64,000 bases of DNA from a bacterium (GTDB taxonomy: Bacteria > Patescibacteriota > Minisyncoccia > Minisyncoccales > CG1-02-41-26). Under the pieces are notes generated by a model. It did not search any database. It was not told the DNA's origin and saw only the letters and a list, made by a program, of their open reading frames with translations. The stretch is from positions 885 through 64,884 of the forward strand of contig JAUVXX010000005.1 of assembly GCA_030603395.1 (NCBI GenBank), read 5' to 3'. Below are positions 18,521 through 31,916 of the stretch, piece after piece. The translations under genes were made by a program, and so were the position numbers. The number at the start of each line of letters is the position of its first letter. Position 1 is the first letter of the stretch.

Positions 18521-19000
18521 ATGAAGTTACAAAAATCGAAAGGTTTCACCTTAATTGAATTATTGGTAGTTATTGCCATTATTGGAATTTTAGCTTCAAT
18601 CGTTTTGGTGAGTTTCCCGGGAGCTACCAAGAAAGCAAGGGACTCAAGAATTATTAGCGCTATTGGCCAAGCCCGAGTCGTCATGACTTATATTAATGCT
18701 AACGATGGAGACTACGATGCTTTTGATTGTGATCATACCGAGATGGATTCATTGTGTAAAGAGATTGACAACAATTACGGTACAGATACTAAGGACGACA
18801 AGATCCCGGAGCCGGTTATTGCAACGAATGCGGCAAGTGGTGCTACGGCAGCTTGCATATACTCTCCATTAAATGTGAAAGGCACTTATTGGTACTGCGG
18901 TGACAGCACTGGAATAGCCGGTTTCACGACCACCGATCCGGGCGGCACAGGCTATTGTGTAGATGGCACAACTGCTGTTTGCCCATCTGTTACTAGCTAA
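18521..19000 (+). CDS. Type IV pilin, probably the major pilin
   Basis: KGFTLIELLVVIAIIGILASIV; has its own upstream TATAAT and a downstream terminator. Confidence 0.9.
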   Translation: MKLQKSKGFTLIELLVVIAIIGILASIVLVSFPGATKKARDSRIISAIGQARVVMTYINANDGDYDAFDCDHTEMDSLCKEIDNNYGTDTKDDKIPEPVIATNAASGATAACIYSPLNVKGTYWYCGDSTGIAGFTTTDPGGTGYCVDGTTAVCPSVTS

Positions 19001-19028
19001 TAGTATCACCGAATAAGATTCCAACTTA

Positions 19029-19062
19029 AAATTGCCCGGGATTTCTCTCCCGGGCAATTTTT
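19029..19062 (+). terminator. Intrinsic terminator after the pilin
   Basis: aaattgcccggg-atttctct-cccgggcaatttt. Confidence 0.8.
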
Positions 19063-19082
19063 GTTAGAATGAAAATACGAAT

Positions 19083-19892
19083 ATGTTTTATTTCATCATT
19101 TTTGTTTTCGGGGCCTGCATAGGTAGTTTTTTAAATTGTGTAATTTACCGATTAAAAGAAAAACAAAGTTTTCTCTCCGGCACGTCTTTTTGTCCCAAAT
19201 GCCTTCATCAATTAGGTTTCTTTGATTTAATTCCAGTGTTAAGTTTTATCTTCTTGAAGGGAAAATGTAGATATTGCGGCCAGAATATCTCTACTCAGTA
19301 CCCACTTGTCGAAATAGCAACAGGTGGGCTATTTCTCCTAATTTTCAATTTTCAACAGTTCAGCCCTGAGTTCACTGCCGAAGGGTTTTCAATTTTCAAT
19401 GAATTTTCAATTTTCAATTTTAAAAATTTTATTACCACTCTTTATTTATTAATAATCAGTTGTCTTTTAATCATCATTTTCGTCTATGATTTAAAACATT
19501 ATATTATTCCGGATAAAATAGTTTATCCGGCCATTGCCACTGCATTAATTTTCAATTTTCAAAAAACGACTTTTGGCTCCTCGCTCTTAGCAGGGGGAGG
19601 GGCAGCTTTATTCTTTTTCTTGTTGTGGCTGGTATCTCGCGGCAAGTGGATGGGTTTGGGTGACGCCAAATTGGCATTTCTGATGGGGCTTTTTCTGGGC
19701 TCACCAAATATTTTAACAGCCGTGTTCTCAGCTTTTTTAATCGGTGCTATAATGGGAATAGTATTGGTAATGTTTGGTAAGAAAACCCTAAAGAGCCAGG
19801 TTCCTTTCGGACCTTTTCTGGTGGTGGGAACGTTTATTGCTCTTTTTTGGGGACGAGAAATAATTAAGTGGTACTTAGGTCTTGTAACCTAA
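19083..19892 (+). CDS. pilD: Prepilin peptidase PilD (A24)
   Basis: GSFLNCVIYR, two CxxC, YDLKH, MGLGDAKL, PFGPFL. Confidence 0.93.
   Translation: MFYFIIFVFGACIGSFLNCVIYRLKEKQSFLSGTSFCPKCLHQLGFFDLIPVLSFIFLKGKCRYCGQNISTQYPLVEIATGGLFLLIFNFQQFSPEFTAEGFSIFNEFSIFNFKNFITTLYLLIISCLLIIIFVYDLKHYIIPDKIVYPAIATALIFNFQKTTFGSSLLAGGGAALFFFLLWLVSRGKWMGLGDAKLAFLMGLFLGSPNILTAVFSAFLIGAIMGIVLVMFGKKTLKSQVPFGPFLVVGTFIALFWGREIIKWYLGLVT
19340..19424. repeat. Composite intragenic insert in pilD: TTTTCAA 7-mers flanking a tandem-G.A hairpin
   Basis: ttttcaa x2, then CCCTGAG-TTCACTGC-CGAAGGG, then ttttcaa x4. Confidence 0.85.
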
Positions 19893-19898
19893 AATTTT

Positions 19899-20414
19899 AT
19901 GCACAAAGGATTCACCCTAATTGAACTTTTGGTTACCATGACAATTATAGGGATACTCTCCTCAGTTTTATTTTTAGGGAGAGGAGCAGAGGAGAAAAGG
20001 TTGGCGCTGGGTAGATCAATTTTTCAATTGTCTCAGGACCTAAGGGAGGTTCAGGGATTGGCCATGGGTTTTCAGGAGGAATCCTGTCCGGATGGAGCAG
20101 CCACTGGCTTTGGCATTTATTTTCATCAAGTTTCTTTTCCAGAATCTTATCTTTTATTTGCTGACTGTAATAATAATCAGTATAAAGACAGTTCTGACGT
20201 AATCTTGAGAGAAGTCAAATTAGAGAAGGACGTCCAGATTCAAAGCTTATCTTCCTCTCCCTTGAATATTGTTTTTGTTCCTCCGGAGCCCGCCACTTTT
20301 ATAGGCGGGGTTGAGTCGGGAGTAGAGGGAGTGATAACCATTTCTTTAAAATCAGATTCCTCAAAACAAAAGGTCTTAAGAGTTAATACAGCTGGTAGAA
20401 TCGAAATAGAATAA
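19899..20414 (+). CDS. Minor pilin (FimT/GspH-like)
   Basis: GFTLIELL; C-terminal VNTAGRI. Confidence 0.8.
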   Translation: MHKGFTLIELLVTMTIIGILSSVLFLGRGAEEKRLALGRSIFQLSQDLREVQGLAMGFQEESCPDGAATGFGIYFHQVSFPESYLLFADCNNNQYKDSSDVILREVKLEKDVQIQSLSSSPLNIVFVPPEPATFIGGVESGVEGVITISLKSDSSKQKVLRVNTAGRIEIE

Positions 20415-20417
20415 ATT

Positions 20418-20894
20418 ATGAAAAAAGGGTTTACTCTTCTTGAAGTAATAGTGGCTATCTCCATTTTTTTAATTGGCATTGTCGGAGTTTATGCGGTGGT
20501 CCCAAGAATAATTGCCATAGGTCAGGTTAACGTTGACAGATTTATTGCCTGCCAGCTCGGCAGAGAGGGCATTGAAATAGTCAGAAATATTAGAGATTCA
20601 AATTATTTGGAAGGAGCAGTTAGTTGGAATGATGGTTTGACTGATTGTTCTGGGGGTTGTGAAATTGATTATAATGATTCGGGATTCACTGCTTATGGTG
20701 ATGGTCGCTATTTACGCATTAATGCTGATGGATTCTATAATTATGATCCGGTCTCTGGAATAAATCCCGAGACAAAATTTAAAAGAAAAATTATAATTAC
20801 TCAGCCAGAAGGTTATATTTTAGATGTCCAGGTGCAAGTTTTTTGGTCTCAGGCATCTTCAACTGTTCAAGAGATTTTATATGACTGGAGATAA
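20418..20894 (+). CDS. Minor pilin (PilV-like)
   Basis: GFTLLEV, EGIEIVRNIRD. Confidence 0.8.
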   Translation: MKKGFTLLEVIVAISIFLIGIVGVYAVVPRIIAIGQVNVDRFIACQLGREGIEIVRNIRDSNYLEGAVSWNDGLTDCSGGCEIDYNDSGFTAYGDGRYLRINADGFYNYDPVSGINPETKFKRKIIITQPEGYILDVQVQVFWSQASSTVQEILYDWR

Positions 20895-21441
20895 TTCAAT
20901 AAAAAATGGTTTTACCCTTATTGAACTTTTGGTAGCCGTAACCATTTTTTCGGTGGTGATTACTTCATTTTTTGGTCTTTTCAGTTCCGCCTTCCAGGAG
21001 CAAAGAAAGAATTTGAACTTACAATATCTCTTGCAAAATACCTCTTATAGCACAGAATATATCAGTCGGGCTTTGCGAATGGCTCGAAAAGACCTTTTTG
21101 GTGATTGTATTAGTGCCGGACATAATTTTGCTGTCATCGCAAATGGTATAAGATTCTTAAATTATGATAGAAAATGTCAGGAATTCTTTTTGGAGGGAGA
21201 GACGTTAAAAGTTAGAAAATCAACTGATGAAAGTTCCTCAAATTTCGGTAGTCCCGAACCGGTTACTCCCCAGAATATCGGGATAGACAATCTTCGGTTT
21301 GAAATTTCAGGGGAGAGTCAATTAGATACTCTCCAACCAAAAGTAACCTTCATGCTGGACATAAGAAATAAAACTCCAGAACCCCAAACCTTGAGCATTC
21401 AAACTAGCATCTCTCAAAGAGAATTAGATGTCCAAAAATAA
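20881..21441 (+). CDS. Minor pilin (PilW/GspJ-like)
   Basis: GFTLIELL after ATG 20881. Confidence 0.8.
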   Translation: MTGDNSIKNGFTLIELLVAVTIFSVVITSFFGLFSSAFQEQRKNLNLQYLLQNTSYSTEYISRALRMARKDLFGDCISAGHNFAVIANGIRFLNYDRKCQEFFLEGETLKVRKSTDESSSNFGSPEPVTPQNIGIDNLRFEISGESQLDTLQPKVTFMLDIRNKTPEPQTLSIQTSISQRELDVQK

Positions 21442-21799
21442 CCATAAAAATCAAAAAGGCGTTTCTCTCTATCTAACTATGGTGATTCTTTCGGTTCTCA
21501 TGGCTGTCATCTTAACCATGATAAATGTTGCTATTAGCCAGATAAAAGTCATTCACACTTTGAGTGGTTCCATAGTTGCTTTTTATGCAGCAGATACCGG
21601 AATAGAAAGGGTGCTCTACGCCATTTTCCAGGAAGGATATATGCCAAGCAAAGGGGAGTGTCCTCTCCCTTACAGCGGCACCTTAGAAAATGAGGCAACT
21701 TATGGGGTTTGTATTTCTGATGAGTCAGATTCAATCATTTTCTCCACCGGAAGTTATAAAAAAATCAAGAGAAGAATTGAAATAACCTTTGAGGAATAA
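21428..21799 (+). CDS. Minor pilin (PilX-like)
   Basis: QKGVSL lacking Glu5, AFYAADTGIE. Confidence 0.78.
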   Translation: MSKNNHKNQKGVSLYLTMVILSVLMAVILTMINVAISQIKVIHTLSGSIVAFYAADTGIERVLYAIFQEGYMPSKGECPLPYSGTLENEATYGVCISDESDSIIFSTGSYKKIKRRIEITFEE

Positions 21800-24911
<3,112 letters not shown>

Positions 24912-24915
<4 letters not shown>

Positions 24916-24939
24916 CAAACTCTTGAAAAAAGATAAAAT
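24912..24939 (+). promoter_or_regulatory. Sigma70-type promoter for rpoBC
   Basis: TTGACA-16 nt-TAAAAT. Confidence 0.55.
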
Positions 24940-25049
24940 AGGGAATATTCTCGGTATATTTTTTAAAAATTGTCTTGTTCTATTTTTAAGACTAATCTCT
25001 AAAAATTAACTATTAAGAACCCTTTTTCAGACAGGGGGTTTTTCTTGTT

Positions 25050-28000
25050 ATGAAGACAAAAAGTTTCTCCAGGTCTAAAATAACTTTTCACCTCCCGCCT
25101 CTTTTGATTTATCAAAGGGAGAGCTACCAGCGCTTTTGGCAGGAGGGACTGAAAGAGGTGTTTGAGGAAACTTTTCCTATCCAGGACTATACTCAAAAGC
25201 AGTTTGAGCTTGATTTTATTAATTACAAATTGGGCGAAACCAGATACAAAACTGGAGAGGAAGCCAGAGAAAATGATGATTCTTTTGAAGCGCCCTTAAG
25301 AGTTAAAGTTCGGCTTAAGAATTTAAGAACCGGCGAGATTAAACAGCAGGAAGTTTTTCTTGGTAATTTTCCCTTAATGACAGATAAGGGAACTTTTGTT
25401 ATTAATGGGGTGGAAAGGGTGGTCATTTCACAGCTTATTCGCTCTCCGGGAGCCTTCTTTACTTCAAGAACATTGCGGGGAAGAAGATTTTTTGGAGCAA
25501 AGATTATTCCTTCCAGGGGCGCCTGGCTTGAGTTTGAAACCGATAGCTCCGGCTTTATTGGGGTTAAAATAAATCGTCAAAGAAAGGTAGCAGCCACCTG
25601 CTTGCTCAAGGCCTTCACCGGCTGGTCACCTCAGGAGATAAAGAAGAGATTTCAGGACATAGAGGCAGGAAAAATTAACTATCTTCAAAAAACTTTAGAT
25701 AGAGACGCTACCGCTTCGCAAGCCGACGCCCTGCTTGAAATCTACCGGAAACTCAGGCCGGGTGATTTGACCACCCCCGACGCTGCCAAGGAGCTGATTT
25801 GGAACATGTTTTTTAATTTCCAAAGATATGACTTAAGCAAGGTAGGAAGATGGAAAATGTTGGAGAGATTGCCGGAACTAAAATCCCTGCTTGGTGACAA
25901 ACAGGCAAAATCCAAAGAAAAAGAAATCTCAGAGAAGGACAGGGTTTTGAAGGCAGAAGATATTTTATACGTTTTGAGGGAGATAATTAGATTAAACAAC
26001 GAGCCGGGAGCTCAACCAGATGAGATTGACCATTTGGGGAATCGCAGAGTCAGAAGTTTGTCTGAACTTTGCCAAGCCAGGGTCAGAGTGGGCTTGATGA
26101 GATTGAAAAGAATCATTCAGGACAGAATGTCAACACTTGACCCGGCCACCTTAGCTCCTTCCCAGCTGATTAACCCAAGGCCAGTTATGGCTGTGGTTCA
26201 GGAATTTTTTGCCTCCTCACAGTTCTCTCAGTTTATGGATTCAGAAAATCCCTTGTCCTCGGTGGAACACAAAAGAAGATTGACCGCCACCGGTCCTGGC
26301 GGGTTAACCAGAGAGAGAGCTGGCTTTGAGGTGAGGGACGTCCAACCTTCCCACTACGGCAGGATTTGTCCCATCCAGACGCCGGAAGGGCAAAATGTCG
26401 GGTTGGTTAACCACCTGGCCTGCTTTGCCAGAGTTAATCCCTTTGGTTTTTTGGAAGCCCCATATTTTAGAGTAAAAAACGGCAGGGTGACCTCGGAGCT
26501 CTGTTATCTTTCAGCCACCGAAGAAGAAAGACATAATATTACTCACGCTGGTTTGAGGATTGGGGAAGGAGGGAGAATTTTAGATGAGGAAGTTGAAGCC
26601 AGAAAGGGTGGGGAGCCGGTTCTGGTTGCGAGGCGAGACATTGGATTTATTGATGTCTCTTCCAAACAACCCATCAGCATAGCTACCGCTCTCATTCCCT
26701 TTTTGCAAAATGATGATGCCAACCGGGCTTTAATGGGCTCCAATATGCAGCGTCAGTCCGTTCCTCTGGTCAAGCCAGAGCCTCCTTTGGTGGGGACGGG
26801 GGTTGAGAGAAACGTCGGTTATGATTCGGGAGAAGAACTGATTGCTAAAGAGGACGGTCAGGTTTTAGAAGTTGATGCCAATCACGTTAAACTCAGGGCT
26901 AAAAACGGAAAATCTGTTAATTACAAGCTCCAGGGTTTTTCCCGGAGCAATCAATACACCGTTTACTATCAAAAACCCAGAGTCAACAAGGGGCAAAAAG
27001 TAAAGAAGGGAGATATTTTGGCTGATGGATCGGGTGTTGTTGATGGAAGATTGAGTTTGGGTACCAATGTGCTGGTGGCTTTCATGCCCTGGCGGGGGAG
27101 GAACTTTGAAGATGCCATTGTCATTTCTGACAGATTGGTCAGAGATGACGTTTTTACCTCCTTACATATTGAAGATTTTATCTGCAACGTCCGAGAAACC
27201 AAATTAGGGCCGGAGCTTACCACCTGCGACATTCCCAATGTTTCGGAAGAGAGGTTGAAAGATTTGGATGAAGAAGGGATTATCAGGGTTGGGGCTTCTG
27301 TTGGGCCAAATGATATCTTAGTTGGTAAAATTTCTCCCAAGGGAGAGAAGACCTTAACCGCTGAAGAAAGATTATTGCGAGCTATCTTTGGTGAAAAAGC
27401 CAAGGAGGTGAAAGATAGTTCTCTGACCATTGAGCACGGCAAAAAGGGCAGGGTGATAAAAGTACGAATTTTCTCCCGGGAAGCTGGAGATAAATTGGAA
27501 CCAGGCATCATTAAGAGGATTCGGGTGGAGGTAGCTCAAATCAGAAAAACCAGAGATGGGGATAAGTTAGCAGGAAGGCACGGCAACAAGGGAGTTGTCT
27601 CTAAAATTTTACCCCAGGAAGAGATGCCTTTTTTGGAAGATGGCACCACGATTGATATGGTTTTAAATCCTATAGGAGTTTCTTCCAGAATGAATATTGG
27701 TCAGATATTAGAGACCCACCTTGGCTGGGCTGCCAAGAAATTGGGATATTTGGCTATCTCTCCAGCCCTGCTTGGGGCAACCGAAAAAGACATTAAAGAG
27801 GAACTAAGAAAAGCTGGACTTCCCGAAGATGGCCAGATTACTTTATATGACGGCCGAACCGGAGAACCTTTTTCAAGAAAGATAACTGTCGGTTACATTT
27901 ACATGATGAAATTGGTTCATATGGTTGAGGATAAGATTCATATGAGAAGCATTGGCCCTTATTCTTTAATTACCCAGCAGCCCCTGGGAGGCAAGGCTCA

Positions 28001-28265
28001 GTTTGGGGGGCAAAGGTTTGGTGAGATGGAGGTTTGGGCTTTGGAGGGATATGGAGCAGCTCATATCTTGCAGGAAATGTTAACCATTAAATCTGACGAT
28101 GTGCAAGGAAGAGCCGCTGCCTACGAAGCCATTTTGAGGGGGGAACCCATCAGGAAGCCGAACATCCCTGCTTCCTTTGATTTATTGGTGAGTGAACTTA
28201 AGTCATTGGGGCTAAGCGTTGAGGTAAAGGGCTTGGTCCAGCAAGACGAAACAAAGAAATCATGA
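25050..28265 (+). CDS. rpoB: RNA polymerase beta subunit
   Basis: [36 protein letters not shown]. Confidence 0.98.
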   Translation: MKTKSFSRSKITFHLPPLLIYQRESYQRFWQEGLKEVFEETFPIQDYTQKQFELDFINYKLGETRYKTGEEARENDDSFEAPLRVKVRLKNLRTGEIKQQEVFLGNFPLMTDKGTFVINGVERVVISQLIRSPGAFFTSRTLRGRRFFGAKIIPSRGAWLEFETDSSGFIGVKINRQRKVAATCLLKAFTGWSPQEIKKRFQDIEAGKINYLQKTLDRDATASQADALLEIYRKLRPGDLTTPDAAKELIWNMFFNFQRYDLSKVGRWKMLERLPELKSLLGDKQAKSKEKEISEKDRVLKAEDILYVLREIIRLNNEPGAQPDEIDHLGNRRVRSLSELCQARVRVGLMRLKRIIQDRMSTLDPATLAPSQLINPRPVMAVVQEFFASSQFSQFMDSENPLSSVEHKRRLTATGPGGLTRERAGFEVRDVQPSHYGRICPIQTPEGQNVGLVNHLACFARVNPFGFLEAPYFRVKNGRVTSELCYLSATEEERHNITHAGLRIGEGGRILDEEVEARKGGEPVLVARRDIGFIDVSSKQPISIATALIPFLQNDDANRALMGSNMQRQSVPLVKPEPPLVGTGVERNVGYDSGEELIAKEDGQVLEVDANHVKLRAKNGKSVNYKLQGFSRSNQYTVYYQKPRVNKGQKVKKGDILADGSGVVDGRLSLGTNVLVAFMPWRGRNFEDAIVISDRLVRDDVFTSLHIEDFICNVRETKLGPELTTCDIPNVSEERLKDLDEEGIIRVGASVGPNDILVGKISPKGEKTLTAEERLLRAIFGEKAKEVKDSSLTIEHGKKGRVIKVRIFSREAGDKLEPGIIKRIRVEVAQIRKTRDGDKLAGRHGNKGVVSKILPQEEMPFLEDGTTIDMVLNPIGVSSRMNIGQILETHLGWAAKKLGYLAISPALLGATEKDIKEELRKAGLPEDGQITLYDGRTGEPFSRKITVGYIYMMKLVHMVEDKIHMRSIGPYSLITQQPLGGKAQFGGQRFGEMEVWALEGYGAAHILQEMLTIKSDDVQGRAAAYEAILRGEPIRKPNIPASFDLLVSELKSLGLSVEVKGLVQQDETKKS

Positions 28266-31200
28266 AAGTAGCAGATATACAATCAATTAGAATTAAATTG
28301 GCCTCGCCCGAGGAGATTTTGACCTGGTCTAAGGGAGAAGTGCTCAGGCCCGAAACCATCAATTACCGCACCCAAAGGCCAGAAAAGGACGGCTTGTTCT
28401 GCGAAAAAATCTTTGGACCAACCAAAGATTATGAATGTTATTGCAGTAAATACAAGGGGATCAGGTATAAGGGGGTGGTTTGTGATAGATGTGGAGTTGA
28501 GGTAACCAAAAGCCATGTTCGCAGGGAAAGAATGGGTCACATTACTCTGGCTGCTCCCGTTTCACACATTTGGTTTTTGAGGGGAGTTCCCTCAAAGATG
28601 GGACTTCTTTTGAATACCCCCCAGCAGAAATTAGAGAGAGTGATTTACTTTGCGAGCTACATCGTGGAGAAGGTGGATAGGGAAGCACAAAAAAGATTAT
28701 TAAAAGAAATTGAAGAGGAAGGTAAAGAAAAACTCAGCGCTCTCAGCAGAGAGAAAGCAGGTACTTTAGAGAAGAAGAAAAAAAGAGAGGAATTGAAGCA
28801 AAAGTTAGCCCAAACTCAAGAAGAGGTCTCCCATTTGAAACCTCTGCAAATTTTGTCGGAAGACGAGTTCCGAGAATTTTCTTTGAGATACGGGGAGATT
28901 TTTGAGGCAGGCACCGGGGCTGAAGCCCTACGTAAAATATTTGAAAAAATTAATCTCAAAAAAGAGATTGATAAATTAGAAAAAGAGCTCAAAGGTTCCT
29001 CGGCTGCTTCAGCCAAAAAAGATTTACGTAGATTAAAATTGTTCCAGGGCTTAAGTAAAGCTAAGATTAGACCAGAATGGATGTTTCTGACCCGTCTGCC
29101 GGTGTTGGCTCCCGATCTCCGACCAATGGTTCAATTGGACGGAGGAAGATATGCCTCCTCTGACCTAAACGACCTTTATCGGAGAGTCATCAACCGAAAT
29201 AATCGGCTCAAATATTTGCTTGAGATAGCGGCTCCCGAAGTTATTATCCGTAATGAAAAGAGAATGTTACAGGAGGCCGTGGACAGTTTGTTGGATAACG
29301 GCATGAGAAAAGGCCAGATGACCATCGCCACCACCGGAGGAAAGCGTCTCTTAAAATCTTTGGCTGATATTTTAGGGGGCAAAGAGGGGAGATTCCGAAG
29401 AAATCTTCTGGGTAAGAGAGTGGATTACTCAGGCAGGTCCGTTATTACGCCAGGACCCGAACTCCAACTTTCTCAGTGCGGCATTCCCAAGATTATGGCT
29501 CTTGAACTTGTTCGTCCCTTTGTCATCAAGAAACTTTTAGACCAGGAACTTGCCTTCAATATTCGAGGAGCTTCCAGGGTAATTGACGAAGGGGGACCGG
29601 AGGTCTTCGCCATTTTGGAAGAGATAATCAAAGATAAATTAGTTTTGGTTAACCGAGCTCCCACCTTGCATAGATTGGGCATCCAGGCTTTTAAGCCAGT
29701 TTTGATTGAGGGAGAAGCCCTGAGGATTCACCCTTTGGTCTGTGAGGCGTTCAATGCTGATTTTGACGGAGACCAGATGGCTATTCATCTTCCACTTTCT
29801 GCAGAAGCCCAAAAAGAAGCTCAAGACCTGATGCTGTCAACCAAGAACCTCCTTAAACCGGGAACCGGCAGGCCCGTTGTTACCCCCACCCAAGATATTA
29901 TTTTAGGTTGTTATTATTTAACCGGAGAGCTTCCCGGAGCTCAGGGTGAAGGAAAAGCCTTCGGTAGTTCTGAAGAAGTTATCTTGGCTTACCAGTTGGG
30001 TAAGTTAGACCTTCGAGCCAAAATTAAGGTTCATTTAGAAGGAAAAGAACTCCGGGAAACAACCTGCGGCAGAATTATTTTTAACCAAAGTTTACCTAAA
30101 GGATTCCCTTCAATAAACGAACAGATTAATTCAAAAAAACTCTCCAGGATACTGGCTCGCATCATTGTTAAGTTTTCCCCAGAGGAGGTGCAGAGGGTTT
30201 TAGACAGTATTAAGGAGGTTGGTTTTGAATACGCCACTTTATCTGGAATGAGCTGGGGAATGGATGACTTAATTGTTCCTCCCCAGAAACAAGAGTTACT
30301 CAGAGAAGCTGAGAAAGAGGTTGATTTGATAGACAACCATTACAAGAAAGGACTTTTATCTCGAAAAGAAAAAGCAGCCAAGGTAATTGAAATCTGGCAT
30401 GGAGTAAAAGAAAAGGTGGAAAAATTGGTGTCTGAAATCTTGCCCAAGGACGGACCTGTTTTTTCCATAGTTGACTCTGGAGCCAGAGGCTCCTGGGCGC
30501 AGCCGGTTCAGATGGCTGGTATGAAGGGTCTGGTGACTTCCCCAACCGGGAGAATTATTGAACTGCCCATTAAAAATTCGTTCAAAGAGGGGTTTGATGT
30601 TTTGGAATACTTTATTTCAACTCATGGAGCAAGAAAAGGAACAGCCGACACTGCTTTGAGAACTTCAAAATCCGGTTATCTAACCAGAAGATTGGTTGAG
30701 GTGGCGCACGAGGTGATTGTAACTTCAGAAGATTGCGGAGATAGGGAGGGGAAGGAGGTTTTCCGAGAGGATGCCATTGAAATTGACCAAAACTTTATTT
30801 TTAAGATTACCGGAAGGATAGTCCTGGGGAATGTCAGGGCTGGAAAAGGAGAGAAAATTATAGTCAAGAAGGGAGAAATGATAGATTGGGAGAAAGCCAG
30901 AGAGATTGATAAAGCTGAAATTGAAAAAGTAAGAGTTCGCTCTCCCTTAAGTTGCCGGTCTTCAAGGGGGATTTGTCAGAAGTGTTATGGCTGGGGGATG
31001 GGGAAAAATGAGCTCGTTTCAATCGGAGAGGCGGTTGGCGTTATTGCTGCTCAGTCCATTGGGGAGCCGGGAACTCAGTTAACCATGAGAACCTTTCATC
31101 TGGGAGGGGTTGCGGGAGGAGGAGATATCACCCGGGGGTTGCCGAGGGTTGAGGAGGTTTTTGAATTGCGGGAGCCCAAAGGAGAAGCTTCCATGTCTGA

Positions 31201-31822
31201 CATGGAGGGTCAAGTTGGTAAAGTTGACTCCGAGAAAAGAGAGGTTTTCCTGAAGGGCAAAGAAAAGGGAAGGGAAGTTGTTAAATATAGCATTCCTCTT
31301 GACTCGGAATTTTACGTTAAAAAGGGTGACAAGGTAAGAGTAGGGCAGCCCCTTTGTTCAGGAAATTTAAATTTGAGGAAACTTTTTAAACTTTCAGGGG
31401 TTGCCGAAACCCAACGCTACATCATCAAGGAAATTCAGAGAATTTATGCCGGGGAGGGAATAGATATTCACGATAAACACGTTGAGATTATAGTCAGACA
31501 GATGTTTTCTCGGGCAAGAATTACTGATGGTGGGGGGAGCCCTTGGGTTCGGGGACAGACGGTTACATCGGCTGAGGTAAAAGAGATGAATGCTCTTCTC
31601 AAAAAAGAAGGGAAGACTCCAGCCAAGTCCCAACCAATTTTACTTGGTATTTCCCGGGTGGCTTTGACCTCAGATAGTTTTTTGTCGGCTGCCTCTTTCC
31701 AGGAGACGTCACGGGTTTTAATTGAGGCCGCTCTTGAAGGCAGGGAAGATAAATTGCGAGGACTCAAAGAAAATGTTATAATAGGTAGGTTGATACCCGC
31801 AGGAACAGGATTTAGAAAATAG
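28262..31822 (+). CDS. rpoC: RNA polymerase beta' subunit
   Basis: NADFDGDQM, Zn finger, SIGEPGTQLTMRTFH. Confidence 0.98.
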   Translation: MKVADIQSIRIKLASPEEILTWSKGEVLRPETINYRTQRPEKDGLFCEKIFGPTKDYECYCSKYKGIRYKGVVCDRCGVEVTKSHVRRERMGHITLAAPVSHIWFLRGVPSKMGLLLNTPQQKLERVIYFASYIVEKVDREAQKRLLKEIEEEGKEKLSALSREKAGTLEKKKKREELKQKLAQTQEEVSHLKPLQILSEDEFREFSLRYGEIFEAGTGAEALRKIFEKINLKKEIDKLEKELKGSSAASAKKDLRRLKLFQGLSKAKIRPEWMFLTRLPVLAPDLRPMVQLDGGRYASSDLNDLYRRVINRNNRLKYLLEIAAPEVIIRNEKRMLQEAVDSLLDNGMRKGQMTIATTGGKRLLKSLADILGGKEGRFRRNLLGKRVDYSGRSVITPGPELQLSQCGIPKIMALELVRPFVIKKLLDQELAFNIRGASRVIDEGGPEVFAILEEIIKDKLVLVNRAPTLHRLGIQAFKPVLIEGEALRIHPLVCEAFNADFDGDQMAIHLPLSAEAQKEAQDLMLSTKNLLKPGTGRPVVTPTQDIILGCYYLTGELPGAQGEGKAFGSSEEVILAYQLGKLDLRAKIKVHLEGKELRETTCGRIIFNQSLPKGFPSINEQINSKKLSRILARIIVKFSPEEVQRVLDSIKEVGFEYATLSGMSWGMDDLIVPPQKQELLREAEKEVDLIDNHYKKGLLSRKEKAAKVIEIWHGVKEKVEKLVSEILPKDGPVFSIVDSGARGSWAQPVQMAGMKGLVTSPTGRIIELPIKNSFKEGFDVLEYFISTHGARKGTADTALRTSKSGYLTRRLVEVAHEVIVTSEDCGDREGKEVFREDAIEIDQNFIFKITGRIVLGNVRAGKGEKIIVKKGEMIDWEKAREIDKAEIEKVRVRSPLSCRSSRGICQKCYGWGMGKNELVSIGEAVGVIAAQSIGEPGTQLTMRTFHLGGVAGGGDITRGLPRVEEVFELREPKGEASMSDMEGQVGKVDSEKREVFLKGKEKGREVVKYSIPLDSEFYVKKGDKVRVGQPLCSGNLNLRKLFKLSGVAETQRYIIKEIQRIYAGEGIDIHDKHVEIIVRQMFSRARITDGGGSPWVRGQTVTSAEVKEMNALLKKEGKTPAKSQPILLGISRVALTSDSFLSAASFQETSRVLIEAALEGREDKLRGLKENVIIGRLIPAGTGFRK

Positions 31823-31827
31823 TTAAT

Positions 31828-31902
31828 CGCTCGCTAATCCAAACATTTTTTCAGCGCCCCCACCCTCCCACGCGCCATGCTGAAAAAATGTTGGCGAGAG
31901 CG
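31828..31902. other. Long intergenic hairpin between rpoC and ftsK
   Basis: AACATTTTTTCAGC / GCTGAAAAAATGTT 14-bp stem with a C-rich loop. Confidence 0.6.
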
Positions 31903-31916
31903 CGCTTAAAAGCCTA

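Noticed and set aside
19509..19530. Palindrome CCGGATAAA-ATAG-TTTATCCGG in pilD
   Set aside because: It encodes the expected IPDKIVYP segment of prepilin peptidases and is probably coincidental.
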